Assembly: GCA_050246315.1 (NCBI GenBank) | Contig: JBFWWG010000014.1 | Location: 30,911-94,910, forward strand | Length of the DNA: 64,000 bases | Direction: 5' to 3' | DNA from: Nitrospiraceae bacterium | GTDB lineage: Bacteria > Nitrospirota > Nitrospiria > Nitrospirales > Nitrospiraceae | Shown: piece after piece, positions 62,733-64,000 of the stretch | How positions within the stretch are numbered: position 1 is the stretch's first letter | How the letters are laid out: each line of letters starts with the position of its first letter | Notes under the pieces: generated by a model | Databases searched by the model: none | Told to the model about the DNA's origin: nothing | Seen by the model: only the letters and a program-made list of their open reading frames with translations | Made by a program: the position numbers and the translations under genes

Positions 62733-62809
62733 GATCGTCTGATTAATTCACGCTAGTAGGGTCTTCACGCTAGTAGCTAGTTTGAGGGTCATTAGCTCGA
62801 GGGTCAGCT

Positions 62810-62899
62810 TGAGATGGCCCTGATTTGACAGACACCTTTGAATGGGGACACGATCCCCGAGGAGGTGTCCGATGGGTGCACGCACACAGTTCACGCCCG
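62810..62899 (+). mobile_element. Isolated IS3-family left-end remnant
   Basis: Near-identical to 63830-63919, covering the TG-starting end, RBS and first nine codons of orfA. Confidence 0.85.
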
Positions 62900-63042
62900 C
62901 CCAAGGAACCAAGTGTCAGGCCTGAGTATTGACTATTTGGCGCTCCGCTCTCTCCCTATCGTTTTCTTGGGTAAAGGGGCGGCACATTGTGAACATCTCC
63001 CTTGACAAGGGAGGCGAAATCCGCAATCGTCCTGCCAAACTT

Positions 63043-63399
63043 ATGGACATCCAGATTATCCGTCAGCCCATCACCAGGCAGGCCTTGCACGAGATAGCCG
63101 GACAGCAATTCGGCGACATGGTCAAGGCGGTCGTGGATGTGGAACAGCGCATCATGGCCGTCGGCGGCGAGTTACATTCAGACGAGGAAAGCGTCCTATT
63201 GGATCAGGGCTCCCGCCAGAACAACCTGTGGGGGATTAATCTGTATCTCGATCAGCCCCACCCGAATTGGATCGAATTTGATTCCATGATCAACGTCCGC
63301 CCATCGCAAGGCAATCGATCGCGATCAGTCGAACGTCCCGACCTGAGAGAAGCCATCATCGCGATTGTCCACCAACTGGTCGAGGGAGCGACAGCATGA
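63043..63399 (+). CDS. DUF5674-like protein
   Basis: FGDMVKAVVDVE...GGELHSDEE..LL..GS.Q.NLWG.NLY...IEFDSMINVRPSQGNRSR. Confidence 0.75.
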   Translation: MDIQIIRQPITRQALHEIAGQQFGDMVKAVVDVEQRIMAVGGELHSDEESVLLDQGSRQNNLWGINLYLDQPHPNWIEFDSMINVRPSQGNRSRSVERPDLREAIIAIVHQLVEGATA

Positions 63400-63725
63400 G
63401 CCACCAACATCGAGAGTTGGCGGCTGGGCGGTGGCAGACCATGCCGCTCGTGGAGCAACTGGCCAACGTAGGAAGCGACGTCGGCCGGGCGGCACGATGG
63501 CAGGGGAAGGACCTCGCCCGCTGTCAGCAGGCCTTTGATCGCGCCTTGGAGCTACTGGATCTGACGCTTGCCGACCCGCGCTGGACGGGACGACGAAAGG
63601 AACTCGGTCGTGCGCGCGAACTTTTGTGCGATGCGATGCTGGGCGGCTCGATGTATGGTAGCGACCTCGCCGCTCTTGACCGCTACTTTTTGCCCTTCGC
63701 CGTCGCAGCAAGGGCCAGGCGCTGA
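63396..63725 (+). CDS. Helical hypothetical protein coupled to the DUF5674-like gene
   Basis: ATGA overlap; GRW..M.L.EQLANVGSDV.RA...RALELLDLT. Confidence 0.75.
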   Translation: MSHQHRELAAGRWQTMPLVEQLANVGSDVGRAARWQGKDLARCQQAFDRALELLDLTLADPRWTGRRKELGRARELLCDAMLGGSMYGSDLAALDRYFLPFAVAARARR

Positions 63726-63829
63726 CAGACGCGGCCTCGACGCCAGTCAGAGGCATGGCCTGACATGAATATTGACTTTTGATGGTTCAAGGGTGAGTGG
63801 TTGGAGGGGCAGTGGTTGGAGGGTCAGAT

Positions 63830-64000
63830 TGAGATGGCCCTGATTTGACAGACACCTTTGAATGGGGACACGATCCCCGAGGAGGTGTCCGATGGGTACA
63901 CGCACACCGTTCACACCCGAGTTTAAGCGCGAAGCGGTCCAGTTGCTCGAGAGCGGGAGTCGTCCTGCCTCGGCGATTGCTCGCGAATTGGGGATCGCCC
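63830..64000 (+). mobile_element. IS3-family element left end and orfA start (ATG 63892; runs off the right edge)
   Basis: TG-starting end, GAGGAGG RBS, MGTRTPFTPEFKREAVQLLESGSRPASAIARELGI (HTH_Tnp_1-like). Confidence 0.88.

Overview
About 60% GC bacterial chromosome segment, most consistent with a Nitrospira-like organism (inferred from gene content, not searched). The housekeeping backbone is guaB (partial), scpAB, ppx, recG, the ribBA-ribH-nusB-purB-purC-purS-purQ-purL-purF run, a NarK-type transporter, rpoH-groES-groEL and two divergent half-GlnE genes. Accessory DNA is interleaved throughout. Most notable: (1) a 9-kb RiPP locus (31.1-40.1 kb, minus strand) with lasso-peptide leader machinery (B2 protease, PqqD/RRE, HPr-kinase-like kinase, nucleotidyltransferase, ABC exporter) but two ATP-grasp proteins and no lasso cyclase in the window; its 44-aa precursor, absent from the ORF track, has a lasso-type leader and a Lys/Asp/Glu/Ser/Thr-rich core. 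(2) A decayed diversity-generating retroelement: a TIR-TM-FGE/CLec target gene with a variable repeat, an adenine-rich template repeat 1.2 kb away, toxin-antitoxin modules between them and no RT. (3) Two copies of an unannotated ~180-nt rod-like element whose differences include compensatory changes. Also present are several TA modules and remnants, a 103-bp gene-end duplication around hicAB, a pseudogene and an IS3-family element at the right edge. No rRNA, tRNA or CRISPR array was recognised. All alignments and counts were done by eye.
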